Assembly: GCA_965232515.1 (NCBI GenBank)
Contig: CBDDPY010000002.1
Coordinates: 4,896,001 to 4,960,000 of the forward strand
Direction of reading: 5' to 3'
DNA: 64,000 nt
DNA from: Alphaproteobacteria bacterium
Lineage (GTDB): Bacteria; Pseudomonadota; Alphaproteobacteria; GCA-2731375
The notes beneath the pieces are model-generated. The model made no database searches. It was not told the DNA's origin and was given only the letters and a program-made list of their open reading frames with translations. How positions within the stretch are numbered: the first letter of the stretch is position 1; the number at the start of each line of letters is the position of its first letter. The position numbers and the translations under genes are program-made. Below are positions 21,392 through 30,679 of the stretch, piece by piece.

Positions 21392-22159
21392 ATGCATCGT
21401 TTCGCCAACCCAACCCGGTTCATGCGGCTATCGGGCCGGATTCTGCCCTGGGCGGCCGGCCTTGCCGTCGTGCTCACGCTCGTCGGTCTGGTCTGGGGCC
21501 TGGGCTATGCGCCGCCCGACTACCAGCAGGGCGATACCGTGCGCATCATGTTCGTGCACGTGCCCGCCGCCTGGATGGCGATGTTCAGCTATACCTTCAT
21601 GGCCATCGCCAGCGCTACGGCGCTGATCTGGAAGCATCCGCTTGCCGATTTCTCCGCCAAGGCGGCCGCGCCCATCGGCGCCTGCTTTACGTTCATCGCG
21701 CTCGTCACCGGCTCGCTCTGGGGTCAGCCCATGTGGGGCACCTGGTGGGTCTGGGACGCGCGCCTGACGTCGGTCCTGGTGCTGTTCTTCCTTTATCTCG
21801 GCTACATGGCGCTGTGGCAGGCCATCGAAGACCCGCAGAAGGCCTCGCGGGCGGCCGCGATACTGGCGCTCGTCGGGTTCGTCAACGTGCCGATCATCAA
21901 GTTCTCGGTCGATTGGTGGTACACGCTGCATCAGCCCGCCAGCGTCATCCGCCTGGACGGCCCGGCCGTTCACCCCAGCATCCTCTGGCCACTGCTGGTC
22001 ATGGCGCTGGCCTTCAAGGCCTATTTCGTAACCGTGCTGCTGCTGCGCATCCGCAGCGAGATAAACCTGCGCAAGATCCGCGCAATGCAGCAGGCCCGGA
22101 TCGCCGAAGAGGTCGGCTTCGCCGCGCCGTCGGCGGCCGAGATGACGGGGCGGACATGA
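21392..22159 (+). CDS. ccmC: Heme exporter protein CcmC
   Basis: FVHVP and WGQPMWGTWWVWDARLT (WWD motif), LHQP. Confidence 0.96.
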   Translation: MHRFANPTRFMRLSGRILPWAAGLAVVLTLVGLVWGLGYAPPDYQQGDTVRIMFVHVPAAWMAMFSYTFMAIASATALIWKHPLADFSAKAAAPIGACFTFIALVTGSLWGQPMWGTWWVWDARLTSVLVLFFLYLGYMALWQAIEDPQKASRAAAILALVGFVNVPIIKFSVDWWYTLHQPASVIRLDGPAVHPSILWPLLVMALAFKAYFVTVLLLRIRSEINLRKIRAMQQARIAEEVGFAAPSAAEMTGRT

Positions 22160-22341
22160 GCGAGTTTCTGGCCATGGGCGGCTACGGGGCGTTCGTATGG
22201 CCGTCCTATCTGATTACCGCCATCGTCATGCTGGGTCTGCTGGTCGTCTCGATCCGCACCTGGCGCGACAGCAAATCGACGCTCGAGAAACTGCAGGACG
22301 GCCGCCGCGGGCGGCGCCGTCCCAGGGATGACGCGACATGA
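22156..22341 (+). CDS. ccmD: Heme exporter protein CcmD
   Basis: MSEFLAMGGYGAFVWPSY, single TM and basic tail; ATGA overlaps on both sides. Confidence 0.92.
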   Translation: MSEFLAMGGYGAFVWPSYLITAIVMLGLLVVSIRTWRDSKSTLEKLQDGRRGRRRPRDDAT

Positions 22342-22781
22342 CGCGCAAGCGCCGCCGCCTTTATTTCGTCCTGGCCGGCATGGTCACGCTCGGCCTCGCG
22401 ACGACGCTCGTCCTGATCGCGTTCCAGGACAACCTTGTGTTCTTCTATTCCCCGTCCGACGTCGTCGAGAAGGGGGTCGAGCCGGACCGCCGCTTCCGGA
22501 TCGGCGGCTTGGTCGAGGAGAACAGCGTCACCCGGACCGACGGCGACATCACCGTGGCGTTCCGGGTGACCGATCAGGTGCATGCGGTGCCGGTGGTGTT
22601 CCGCGGGCTGCTGCCGGACCTGTTCCGCGAGGGGCAGGGCATCGTCGCCGAGGGCACGCTCAACGGCGAAGGCGTGTTCGTGGCCAGCGAGGTGCTGGCC
22701 AAGCACGACGAAAACTATATGCCGCCCGAGGTCGCCGACGCATTGAAGCGATCCGGGCAATGGCAGGGAGAAGAAAAATGA
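22338..22781 (+). CDS. ccmE: Heme chaperone CcmE
   Basis: LPDLFREGQG and LAKHDENYMPPE heme-binding HxxxY motif. Confidence 0.96.
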   Translation: MTRKRRRLYFVLAGMVTLGLATTLVLIAFQDNLVFFYSPSDVVEKGVEPDRRFRIGGLVEENSVTRTDGDITVAFRVTDQVHAVPVVFRGLLPDLFREGQGIVAEGTLNGEGVFVASEVLAKHDENYMPPEVADALKRSGQWQGEEK

Positions 22782-23728
22782 GCGACGGCAAAGTCGACGT
22801 GATCCAGACCGTACCCATGCCGGCGTTCGCCGCCGACCGGCTGGCCGAGCTGTTTGTCGTGCATCATCCCTGGCAGGCCGATGACCTTGACGAGTTTTAT
22901 GCCGGCGTGCGCGGCAAGGTGCGCGGCGTCGCCACGTCCGGTCCCGGTCCGCTCGACCGCGCCTTCATGGACAAGCTGCCGAAGCTTGAGATCATCGCCA
23001 ACTTCGCCGTCGGCGTCGACGCCGTCGATCTCGATGCGGCGCGCGAGAAGAAGATCATCGTCACCAACACGCCCGATGTGCTGACCGACTGCGTCGCCGA
23101 CTTTGCCATGGGCATGGTCATCGCCGTTATGCGGCGCGTGGCGGAGGGAGACCGTTACGTGCGTGCCGGCCGCTGGGCGACCAAGGGCGACTTGACCCTG
23201 TCGACATCGCTGCGCGGCAAGACGCTCGGTATCATCGGCCTCGGCCGGATCGGCAAGGAGCTGGCGAAGCGGGCCGAGGCATTCGGTATGGCCATCGCCT
23301 ATCACGGCCGCAATCCGCAGGCGGAGGTCGACTACGCCTATCACGCCGAGCCGGCGGCGCTGGCCGCCGCCAGCGATTGCCTGGCTTTGACCTGTCCCGG
23401 TGGCGCGGGCACCTATCATCTGGTCGATGCCGCCGTGCTGCAGGCGCTCGGAGCGACGAGTTTCCTCGTGAATGCCGCGCGCGGCAGCGTGGTCGACGAG
23501 GCGGCGCTGATCAAGGCATTGACCGACGGCGTCATCGCCGGCGCGGCGCTGGACGTGTTCGAGAACGAACCGCACGTGCCGGAAGCGCTGTTCGCCATGG
23601 AGAACGTTGTGGTGCAGCCACACCAGGCCAGCGCCACCTACGAGACGCGCAAGGCCATGGGCGATCTGATGATCGACAATCTGGTCGCGCACTTTGCCGG
23701 CGATCCGCCGCTGACGCCCGTGGTCTGA
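22778..23728 (+). CDS. D-2-hydroxyacid dehydrogenase (glyoxylate/hydroxypyruvate reductase-like)
   Basis: VTNTPDVL, GIIGLGRIG, NAARGSVVDE, DVFENEP, PHQAS; ATGA overlap with ccmE stop. Confidence 0.93.
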   Translation: MSDGKVDVIQTVPMPAFAADRLAELFVVHHPWQADDLDEFYAGVRGKVRGVATSGPGPLDRAFMDKLPKLEIIANFAVGVDAVDLDAAREKKIIVTNTPDVLTDCVADFAMGMVIAVMRRVAEGDRYVRAGRWATKGDLTLSTSLRGKTLGIIGLGRIGKELAKRAEAFGMAIAYHGRNPQAEVDYAYHAEPAALAAASDCLALTCPGGAGTYHLVDAAVLQALGATSFLVNAARGSVVDEAALIKALTDGVIAGAALDVFENEPHVPEALFAMENVVVQPHQASATYETRKAMGDLMIDNLVAHFAGDPPLTPVV

Positions 23729-23798
23729 AGAACGGTCGAACGAAACCGCGCCATGACCGTTTTGACAACTGAACCGACTTGGAAAGACGATTGCCGTC

Positions 23799-25811
23799 AT
23801 GATCCCTGAAATCGGCCAGTTCGCCCTGATCCTGGCGCTTGTCGTCGCTGTCGTCCAAGGCACGCTGCCGTTGATCGGCGCGCATCGCGGCGACCCCGGC
23901 TGGATCGCCGTCGCCCGTCCGGCCGCCATCACCCAGGTACTGCTGGTCGCGCTCTCTTTTGCCTGCCTGACGCATGCCTATGTCGTCTCGGACTTCTCGG
24001 TCCTGAACGTCGCCAACAACTCGCACTCGGCGAAGCCGATGCTCTACAAGATCTCCGGCGTCTGGGGCAATCACGAGGGCTCGCTGCTGCTCTGGGTGCT
24101 GATCCTGGCGCTGTTCGGCAGCGCCGTGGCGGTCTTCGGCGGCAACCTGCCGGAAGCGTTCCGGGCCCGTGTGCTGGCCGTGCAGTCGTTGATCGCGGTC
24201 GGCTTCCTGGCTTTCACGATCTTCACCTCGAACCCGTTCGAGCGGCTGGTGCCGGCGCCCATCGACGGCAACGGCCTCAACCCGCTGCTGCAGGACCCGG
24301 GCCTCGCCTTCCACCCGCCGTTCCTCTATCTCGGCTATGTCGGCTTCTCGATGGCCTTCTCGTTCGCCGTCGCCGCGCTGATCGAGGGCCGGGTCGAGCC
24401 GGCCTGGGCGCGCTGGGTGCGGCCCTGGACGCTCGCCGCCTGGTGCTTCCTGACCATTGGCATCGGCCTCGGCAGCTGGTGGGCCTATTACGAGCTCGGC
24501 TGGGGCGGCTGGTGGTTCTGGGACCCGGTCGAGAACGCGTCCTTCATGCCGTGGCTCGCGGGCACCGCGCTCCTGCATTCGGCCATCGTGGTCGAGAAGC
24601 GCGACGCGCTGAAGAACTGGACCATCCTGCTGGCGATCCTGACCTTCTCGCTCAGCCTGCTCGGCACCTTCCTGGTCCGCTCGGGTGTGCTGACCTCTGT
24701 GCACGCGTTTGCCAGCGATCCCGAGCGCGGCGTCTTCATCCTGATGTTCTTGGCCATCGTCGTCGCCGGCTCGCTGACGCTCTACGCCATCCGCGCGCCC
24801 GGCATGAAGCGTGGTGGCCTGTTCGCGCCGATCAGCCGCGAGGGCGCGCTGGTGCTGAACAATCTCTTGCTGTCGATCGCCTGCGCCGGGGTGCTGATCG
24901 GCACGCTCTATCCGCTGTTCCTCGACAGCCTGACCGGCGAGAAGGTGTCGATCGGTCCGCCTTACTTCAATCTGGTGTTCGGCGTGATCATGATGCCGCT
25001 CTTGCTGGCGGTCGCGGTCGGGCCGCTGCTGCCCTGGAAGCGCGGCGATCTCGCCGGCGCCGTCGCCCGGCTGAAGGTGGCGTTCGCGGTCGCGCTCGCG
25101 GCCATTCTGCTGACGCTGGTGATGGCCTATGACGGCCCCTGGCTGGCGATCCCGATGGTCGGCGTCGGCGCCTGGGTGACGGTCTCGGCGGTGGTCGAGT
25201 TCGCCGACCGGATCAAGCTGTTCCGGACCGGTGCGGCCGAAAGCTGGCGGCGCGCCCGCAACCTGCCGCGCGCGGCCTGGGGCATGACGCTCGCCCATGC
25301 CGGCCTCGGCATCACCATGCTCGGCATCGTCGGCGTCAGCGCCTGGGAGATGGAGCGGGCGCAGGTCATGCGGGCCGGCGACAGCATCGAGTTCGCCGGC
25401 TTCCACTTTACCTTCGAGGGCGCGCAGCCCATGCGCGGGCCCAATTACAGCGGCACCGAGGGTGTCTTCACGGTGCGCCGCCATGCCGGCGGCGAACCCT
25501 TGTCGACACTGCGGCCGGAGACGCGCACCTATCCGAATCCGCCGATGCAGACCACCGAGGCGGCGATCCAACCGGCGCTCACCGGCGACCTCTATGCCGT
25601 CGTCGGCGATCCTGACGGCAGCGGCGGCTGGTCGACCCGACTGCACCACAAGCCGATGATCCACTGGATCTGGGGCGGTTCCCTGATCATGGTCCTGGGC
25701 GGCTTCGTTTCCTTGTCCGACCGCCGTCTGCGTGTCGGCGCGCCGTCGCGCAAGCGTCGGCGCGAACCGCTCGGCCCGACCGCGGCGGCGGCGGCCGGTG
25801 GCGATGATTGA
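23799..25811 (+). CDS. ccmF: Heme lyase CcmF
   Basis: WGNHEGS, HPPFLYLGY, WAYYELGWGGWWFWDPVEN, SVHAF. Confidence 0.97.
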   Translation: MIPEIGQFALILALVVAVVQGTLPLIGAHRGDPGWIAVARPAAITQVLLVALSFACLTHAYVVSDFSVLNVANNSHSAKPMLYKISGVWGNHEGSLLLWVLILALFGSAVAVFGGNLPEAFRARVLAVQSLIAVGFLAFTIFTSNPFERLVPAPIDGNGLNPLLQDPGLAFHPPFLYLGYVGFSMAFSFAVAALIEGRVEPAWARWVRPWTLAAWCFLTIGIGLGSWWAYYELGWGGWWFWDPVENASFMPWLAGTALLHSAIVVEKRDALKNWTILLAILTFSLSLLGTFLVRSGVLTSVHAFASDPERGVFILMFLAIVVAGSLTLYAIRAPGMKRGGLFAPISREGALVLNNLLLSIACAGVLIGTLYPLFLDSLTGEKVSIGPPYFNLVFGVIMMPLLLAVAVGPLLPWKRGDLAGAVARLKVAFAVALAAILLTLVMAYDGPWLAIPMVGVGAWVTVSAVVEFADRIKLFRTGAAESWRRARNLPRAAWGMTLAHAGLGITMLGIVGVSAWEMERAQVMRAGDSIEFAGFHFTFEGAQPMRGPNYSGTEGVFTVRRHAGGEPLSTLRPETRTYPNPPMQTTEAAIQPALTGDLYAVVGDPDGSGGWSTRLHHKPMIHWIWGGSLIMVLGGFVSLSDRRLRVGAPSRKRRREPLGPTAAAAAGGDD

Positions 25812-25843
25812 GCGGCCGAAGATGATGACATCCGGAGACTGGC

Positions 25844-26455
25844 ATGGCTGAACGCACCGACGTGGGCCCCGGAGTCGAGGCAACGCCCGGACCGAACCGC
25901 GGCCGGCGGATCGCCCTCGCGGTCCTGCCGCTTCTGGTGTTCGGCAGCATCGCCGTGTTTCTGTTCAACGGCCTCTATCTCAATCCGCGCGAGATCCCCT
26001 CGGCGCTGCTGGACAAGCCGGTGCCCCAGTTCGACATGCCGCCGATCGCCGGCCGCGAGGGTCCCGGGCTCGCGACATCGGATCTCAAGGGCGAGGTCTC
26101 GCTGGTCAACGTCTTTGCGTCCTGGTGCGCCGCCTGCCGTGTTGAGCATCCGCTGCTGATGCGGCTCGCCGAGCAGAACGTCGTGCCGGTGCACGGTCTG
26201 AACTACAAGGACAGGCCGGATGCGGCGCTCGCCTGGCTGGGGCGCTTCGGTGATCCCTATGACCGTGTCGGCAGCGATCTCAGCGGCCGCGTCGGCATCG
26301 ACTGGGGTGTCTATGGCGTGCCCGAGACATTCGTGGTTAACGCCGAGGGGCGGATCGTCTGCAAACATATCGGTCCGGTGATGGATCGCGACCTCGACGA
26401 CAAGCTGCTGCCCGCTATTCAAGCGGCCCGCGCCGGCCTGGCGGTGACATGCTGA
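25844..26455 (+). CDS. ccmG: Thiol:disulfide interchange protein CcmG/DsbE
   Basis: FASWCAACRVEHP and GVYGVPETF motifs; N-terminal TM. Confidence 0.94.
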   Translation: MAERTDVGPGVEATPGPNRGRRIALAVLPLLVFGSIAVFLFNGLYLNPREIPSALLDKPVPQFDMPPIAGREGPGLATSDLKGEVSLVNVFASWCAACRVEHPLLMRLAEQNVVPVHGLNYKDRPDAALAWLGRFGDPYDRVGSDLSGRVGIDWGVYGVPETFVVNAEGRIVCKHIGPVMDRDLDDKLLPAIQAARAGLAVTC

Positions 26456-26925
26456 CCTGGCTCCGCACCGCCGCCTGCCTGGCTATTCTAGTTCTGGTCG
26501 CGCCGGCGCTCGCCTTCGAGGTCGACACCCCCTTGCCCGATCCGGCACAGGAAGAACGCGCCCGTGCCATTCACAAACAGCTTCGTTGCCTGGTGTGTCA
26601 GAACCAGTCAATCGACGATTCCAACGCCCCGCTTGCCGTCGATTTGCGCCACCTGGTGCGCGAACGGATCGGCCAGGGCGACAGCGACGCCGAGACCGTC
26701 GCCTATGTCGTCGCCCGCTACGGCGACTGGGTGCTGCTGAACCCGCCGTTCAAATTAACCACGCTGGCGCTCTGGATCGGGCCGTTCGTGCTGCTTCTGG
26801 TCGCCGTCGTCGGTGTCCGGATCTGGTACCGCCGGCAGTCCCGGGAATCCGGGGATACGGAAGGGCTGAGCGCGGACGAGCGGCGGCGGCTCGACGCATT
26901 GCTAAAGGACTCCGAGGCCTCGTGA
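26449..26925 (+). CDS. ccmH: Cytochrome c biogenesis protein CcmH
   Basis: LRCLVCQNQSIDDS and RYGDWVLLNPP motifs. Confidence 0.94.
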   Translation: MLTWLRTAACLAILVLVAPALAFEVDTPLPDPAQEERARAIHKQLRCLVCQNQSIDDSNAPLAVDLRHLVRERIGQGDSDAETVAYVVARYGDWVLLNPPFKLTTLALWIGPFVLLLVAVVGVRIWYRRQSRESGDTEGLSADERRRLDALLKDSEAS

Positions 26926-28328
26926 TGCTCTGGCTGGCGCTGGGCGCCATCATGCTGGCGGTGATCGGCCTGCTGCTTGTGCCGATGCTGCGCGCGGCCG
27001 CGCCCGAGAAAGGCCGCCTGGACCACGATATCCAGGTTTACCGCGATCAGCTGGCCGAAATCGAGACGGATGTCTGGCGGGGCGTGATTTCCCCGGACGA
27101 GGCGGCCTCGGCCAAGGCCGAAATCGAGCGTCGGATCCTGCGGGCCGCCGACGCCGGCGCCGGCGAGCGCGTCACGGACGCCTCCTGGCGGACGGTCACG
27201 GCCGGAATCCTGGCCGTATTCCTGCCCGTTGCCGCGGTTGCGCTCTATATCCAGCTCGGGATGCCGAACGAGCCGGGCCAGCCGCTCGCGGCCCGCGATA
27301 TGCCGGCCGCGCCGGCGCAGCCGCCGTCCGGCGACATGGCGGAGCTGGCCGAAGGCCTGGCCCAGCGCCTGGCGGACAATCCGGAAGACCGCCAGGGCTG
27401 GCTGCTGCTCGGCCGGTCCTACTGGCAGATCGGCCGTTTCGACGCCGCCGCCGAGGCGTTCGGCCGGGCCGTCGCGCTCGACGACGGCGATCCTTCGGCG
27501 CACATGTCCCAGGGCGAGGCCCTGGTTTTTGCCGCCGAGGGCATGGTGACGGCCGGCGCCAAGGCGGCGTTCCGCCGGACCCTGGCGCTGGATGCCCGCC
27601 ATCCGGGCGCGCGCTACTACCTGGCGTTGGGTTTTTTGCAGGCCGGCGAGCCACAGCGGGCCTATGACGCCTGGTTGGCGCTGGCCAGGGAATCGCCGCC
27701 CGATGCGCCTTGGATGGGGCCCCTGCGCGGGCGGCTGGCCGAGGTGGGCGCCGAGCTTGGGATTGATGTCGAGACCGCGCTGGCGGCCCTCCCAGCGCCC
27801 CAGGCCGTGCCTGCGGCCCCGGCGGCGCCAGGCCCGACCCGCGAGGATGTCGAGGCCGCGGCCGAGATGTCCGACGAGGACCGGCAGGCCTTCATCCGCT
27901 CCATGGTGCAGCGCCTGGCCGACCGCCTGGCCGAGAGCCCGGAAGATTTCGAGGGCTGGATGCGCTTGGGCCAGGCCTATACGGTGCTCGGCGAGGGCGC
28001 CAAATCGGCCGAGGCGTTCGCCCGTGCCAGCGGCCTTCAGCCCACGAATCCCGCCGCGCTCGCGGCCCATGCCGAGGCGCTGATCGCCGCGGCGGACCCC
28101 GAAGCGCCACCGCCGGTTGAAGCCATCGAGATCTATCGTCGCCTGTTGGCGCTGGAGCCATCGCATCCGGCCGGTCTCTGGTACACCGGCCTCGCGGACG
28201 CAAGTGTCGGGAAATTTGACAACGCGGCCGCCGCCTGGCGCCTTCTTTTACAGCAGATGTCGCCGGGCAGTGATGAGTATGTCAGCCTGCAGGCGCAGAT
28301 CGCCCGGCTGGAGGCCGCGGCCCGCTGA
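26925..28328 (+). CDS. ccmI: c-type cytochrome biogenesis protein CcmI (CycH), TPR-containing
   Basis: YRDQLAEIE...EIERRIL N-terminal domain, two TMs, TPR-like repeats; start overlaps ccmH stop. Confidence 0.9.
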   Translation: MLWLALGAIMLAVIGLLLVPMLRAAAPEKGRLDHDIQVYRDQLAEIETDVWRGVISPDEAASAKAEIERRILRAADAGAGERVTDASWRTVTAGILAVFLPVAAVALYIQLGMPNEPGQPLAARDMPAAPAQPPSGDMAELAEGLAQRLADNPEDRQGWLLLGRSYWQIGRFDAAAEAFGRAVALDDGDPSAHMSQGEALVFAAEGMVTAGAKAAFRRTLALDARHPGARYYLALGFLQAGEPQRAYDAWLALARESPPDAPWMGPLRGRLAEVGAELGIDVETALAALPAPQAVPAAPAAPGPTREDVEAAAEMSDEDRQAFIRSMVQRLADRLAESPEDFEGWMRLGQAYTVLGEGAKSAEAFARASGLQPTNPAALAAHAEALIAAADPEAPPPVEAIEIYRRLLALEPSHPAGLWYTGLADASVGKFDNAAAAWRLLLQQMSPGSDEYVSLQAQIARLEAAAR

Positions 28329-28384
28329 GGCCCGCGGGCGGCCGCCGGAACAGGCCGCCCTAATCAACCGTTTGCCCCACAAGC

Positions 28385-28411
28385 AAAAAAAGAGGCGCCC
28401 GAAGGCGCCTC
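28385..28411 (-). terminator. Intrinsic terminator on minus strand with no upstream CDS
   Basis: GAGGCGCC-TTCG-GGCGCCTC-TTTTTTT on the minus strand. Confidence 0.85.
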
Positions 28412-28511
28412 AAGTTCTATCCAACCGGGTTGAGGGCATCAACGGTTGGACAGAGAGGGAAAGCTTTACGCTTTGGAGGTTCGGCAACGGCAAGCCGCCG
28501 CCGAACCTCAC
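28385..28511 (-). ncRNA. Candidate sigma54-dependent small RNA (~128 nt), alpha-r8/SuhB(MmgR)-like
   Basis: Bounded by a near-consensus sigma54 promoter and an intrinsic terminator; three hairpins and a single-stranded UUUCCCUCUCU anti-SD-like tract; no convincing ORF. Confidence 0.7.
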
Positions 28512-28521
28512 CCTAATTATT

Positions 28522-28538
28522 AGCAACTTGCATGCCAA
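28522..28538 (-). promoter_or_regulatory. Sigma54 (RpoN) -24/-12 promoter
   Basis: Minus strand TTGGCATGCAAGTTGCT matches TGGCAC/TG-N4-TTGCW, within an AT-rich tract. Confidence 0.8.
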
Positions 28539-28737
28539 AATTCGAGCATATCTGTTACTTCTTTTGAGAAGAATCGTCGACGTATTAGTTATTATTCAAG
28601 TTATGGTGGTGGGAGCCTTGTTAACCATTTCCGTGTGACTGCTCAACATTCGGCGCCGGCGACGATCGGCGTTGACCGGGACGTGTGTTCAGCTAGTCTG
28701 GCGCCAAGCGGCGAAGGCCGCCATTTGGGAGGCGCTT

Positions 28738-29766
28738 ATGTTCAGGAAGTCCACGGTTTTGGCCGTTTCGGCCGTCTGTTTCACCCTGCTGGCGGTGGGC
28801 GCCGCGCGAGCCGAGAAGATCACGATCGCGGCGCTGACGTTCGTCAGCTCGTCGCCGCTGTTCATCGCCCAGGAGAAGGGCTACTACGCCGACGAAGGCC
28901 TCGAGGTCGAGTTCAAGTTCTTCCGCGCCGCCCAGCCGGTCGCGGTCGCGGTCGCGGCGGGCGATGCCGATTTCGGCGTCACCGGCCTTACCGCCGGCTT
29001 CTACAATCTCGCGGGCAAAGGCGCGCTGAAAGTGATCGGCGCCCAGAGCCGGGTCGAGCCTGGCTATGACTTCGTCGCCTACATGGTCTCGAAGCAGGCC
29101 CATGCCGCCGGGTTCACCGACGCCGGCGGCTTCCCGGGCAAGACCTTCGGCATGACCCAGGTCGGCTCGACCTTCCATTACATGCTGGGTCAGCTGGCCG
29201 ACAAGCGCGGCTTCGCCCTCTCGGACGTCTCCATGAAGCCGCTGCAGAGCGTGCCCAACATGATCGCAGCCGTGAAAAGCGGCCAGGTCGATTCCATCAT
29301 CATGGTGGCCCACATCGCCAAGGCGCTGGACAGGGCCGGCGCCGCCAAGATCGTCGGCTGGGTGCATCAGGAGACGCCCTGGCAGCTTGGCGCGCTGTTC
29401 ACCTCGACGAAAAACGTCGACGAGCGCCGCGGCACCGTCGAGAAGTTCGTCCGCGCCTATCAGAAGGCGGCGACCGATTATCACGAGACCATGAACAAGC
29501 GCGACGCCGCCGGCAACCGCATGTTCGGGCCCGAGGCCGACCCGATCATCGAGATGATCAACAAGTATGTCGGGCCGAAGCCGACGCCGGCGAAGACCAA
29601 GGCGGGTGCGCCGTTCATCGACCCGCTCGGCCGCCTCAATGTCGGCGACGTTTATGCGCAGGTCGCCTGGCACCAGAAGATGGGCCTAGTCGATGCCTCG
29701 GTCGACCCGAAGGCGTTTCTCGATCTCAGCTTCGTCGACGGCCACTTCAATCTGCCGACCAACTAG
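28738..29766 (+). CDS. NitT/TauT (SsuA/THI5-like) ABC substrate-binding protein
   Basis: GGAGG RBS; signal peptide; PLFIAQEKGYYADEGLEVE motif. Confidence 0.88.
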   Translation: MFRKSTVLAVSAVCFTLLAVGAARAEKITIAALTFVSSSPLFIAQEKGYYADEGLEVEFKFFRAAQPVAVAVAAGDADFGVTGLTAGFYNLAGKGALKVIGAQSRVEPGYDFVAYMVSKQAHAAGFTDAGGFPGKTFGMTQVGSTFHYMLGQLADKRGFALSDVSMKPLQSVPNMIAAVKSGQVDSIIMVAHIAKALDRAGAAKIVGWVHQETPWQLGALFTSTKNVDERRGTVEKFVRAYQKAATDYHETMNKRDAAGNRMFGPEADPIIEMINKYVGPKPTPAKTKAGAPFIDPLGRLNVGDVYAQVAWHQKMGLVDASVDPKAFLDLSFVDGHFNLPTN

Positions 29767-29796
29767 GTCGCGTTGGCGACGAGGACGTCTCTTTTT

Positions 29797-29873
29797 GTCA
29801 TTGCCGGGCTCGACCCGGCAATCCAGCGGCCGTGCCCGCGGCCCTGGATGCCCGGATCGAGTCCGGGCATGAC
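29797..29873. repeat. REP-like bipartite palindrome (GTCATTGCCGGGCTCGACCCGGCAATCCA family)
   Basis: Two inverted halves gtcattgccgggctcgacccggcaatccag / ctggatgcccggatcgagtccgggcatgac; the first 30 bp recur exactly, inverted, at 57211-57240. Confidence 0.85.
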
Positions 29874-29905
29874 GACCGGGTGCAAGCAGTTGGCATTCTA
29901 ACCTC

Positions 29906-30679
29906 ATGGAACTGAGCGTCCGCGGCGTCAGCCATTTCTACGACGGCCTGCACGCGCTCGACGGCGTCGATCTCGATGTCGCCGACGGCGAGACCTGCGT
30001 TCTGATCGGGCCGTCGGGTTGCGGCAAGTCCACGTTGCTGTCGATCATGGGCGGCCTGCTGCAACCGGCCGCCGGCGAGGTCGAGACCACCGGCCCGGCG
30101 CCCGACGGCTGCCTCAATCCGCTGACCTATGTGTTCCAGGACTTCGCGCTGCTGCCCTGGCGCACGGTCGCCGGCAACATCCTGCTGGCGCTGGAGCATC
30201 ATCGCCTCGGCGCGGCCGAGGCCCGCCGCCGCGTCGACGACGTGCTGGCGCTGACCGGCCTGGAGGATTTCGCCGACGCCTATCCGAAGCAGCTTTCCGG
30301 CGGCATGCGCCAGCGGGTCGGCATCGCGCGCGCCGTCATCGTGCGGCCGGCGGTGATGCTGATGGACGAGCCGCTGTCGGCGCTCGACGCCCAGACCCGC
30401 GAACTGCTGACCGACGAGCTGATCGCGATCTGGCGGCACCAGCGCACGACCACGGTCTATGTCACGCACAATCTGCACGAAGCCGTGCGCCTCGGCGACC
30501 GCATTGCCGTGATGTCGCGGCGGCCGGGCCGCATCCGCCGAGTCATCGAGGTGCCGGTCCCGCGCGAGGAGCGCGCGACACCGTCGGCCGCGGCCGAGCT
30601 GGCCGGGCTGCAGGACACGCTCTGGGGCCTGATCCGCGACGAGGCGGCCGTCGCCGACCGCGAGGTGGCGCGTGTCTGA
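29906..30679 (+). CDS. NitT/TauT ABC ATP-binding protein
   Basis: GPSGCGKST, LSGGMRQRV, MDEPLSALD. Confidence 0.92.
   Translation: MELSVRGVSHFYDGLHALDGVDLDVADGETCVLIGPSGCGKSTLLSIMGGLLQPAAGEVETTGPAPDGCLNPLTYVFQDFALLPWRTVAGNILLALEHHRLGAAEARRRVDDVLALTGLEDFADAYPKQLSGGMRQRVGIARAVIVRPAVMLMDEPLSALDAQTRELLTDELIAIWRHQRTTTVYVTHNLHEAVRLGDRIAVMSRRPGRIRRVIEVPVPREERATPSAAAELAGLQDTLWGLIRDEAAVADREVARV

Noticed and set aside
28117-28638. 173-aa ORF crossing the ccmI 3' end and intergenic region
   Set aside because: Overlaps ccmI out of frame and runs through terminator and promoter elements; no coding signature.
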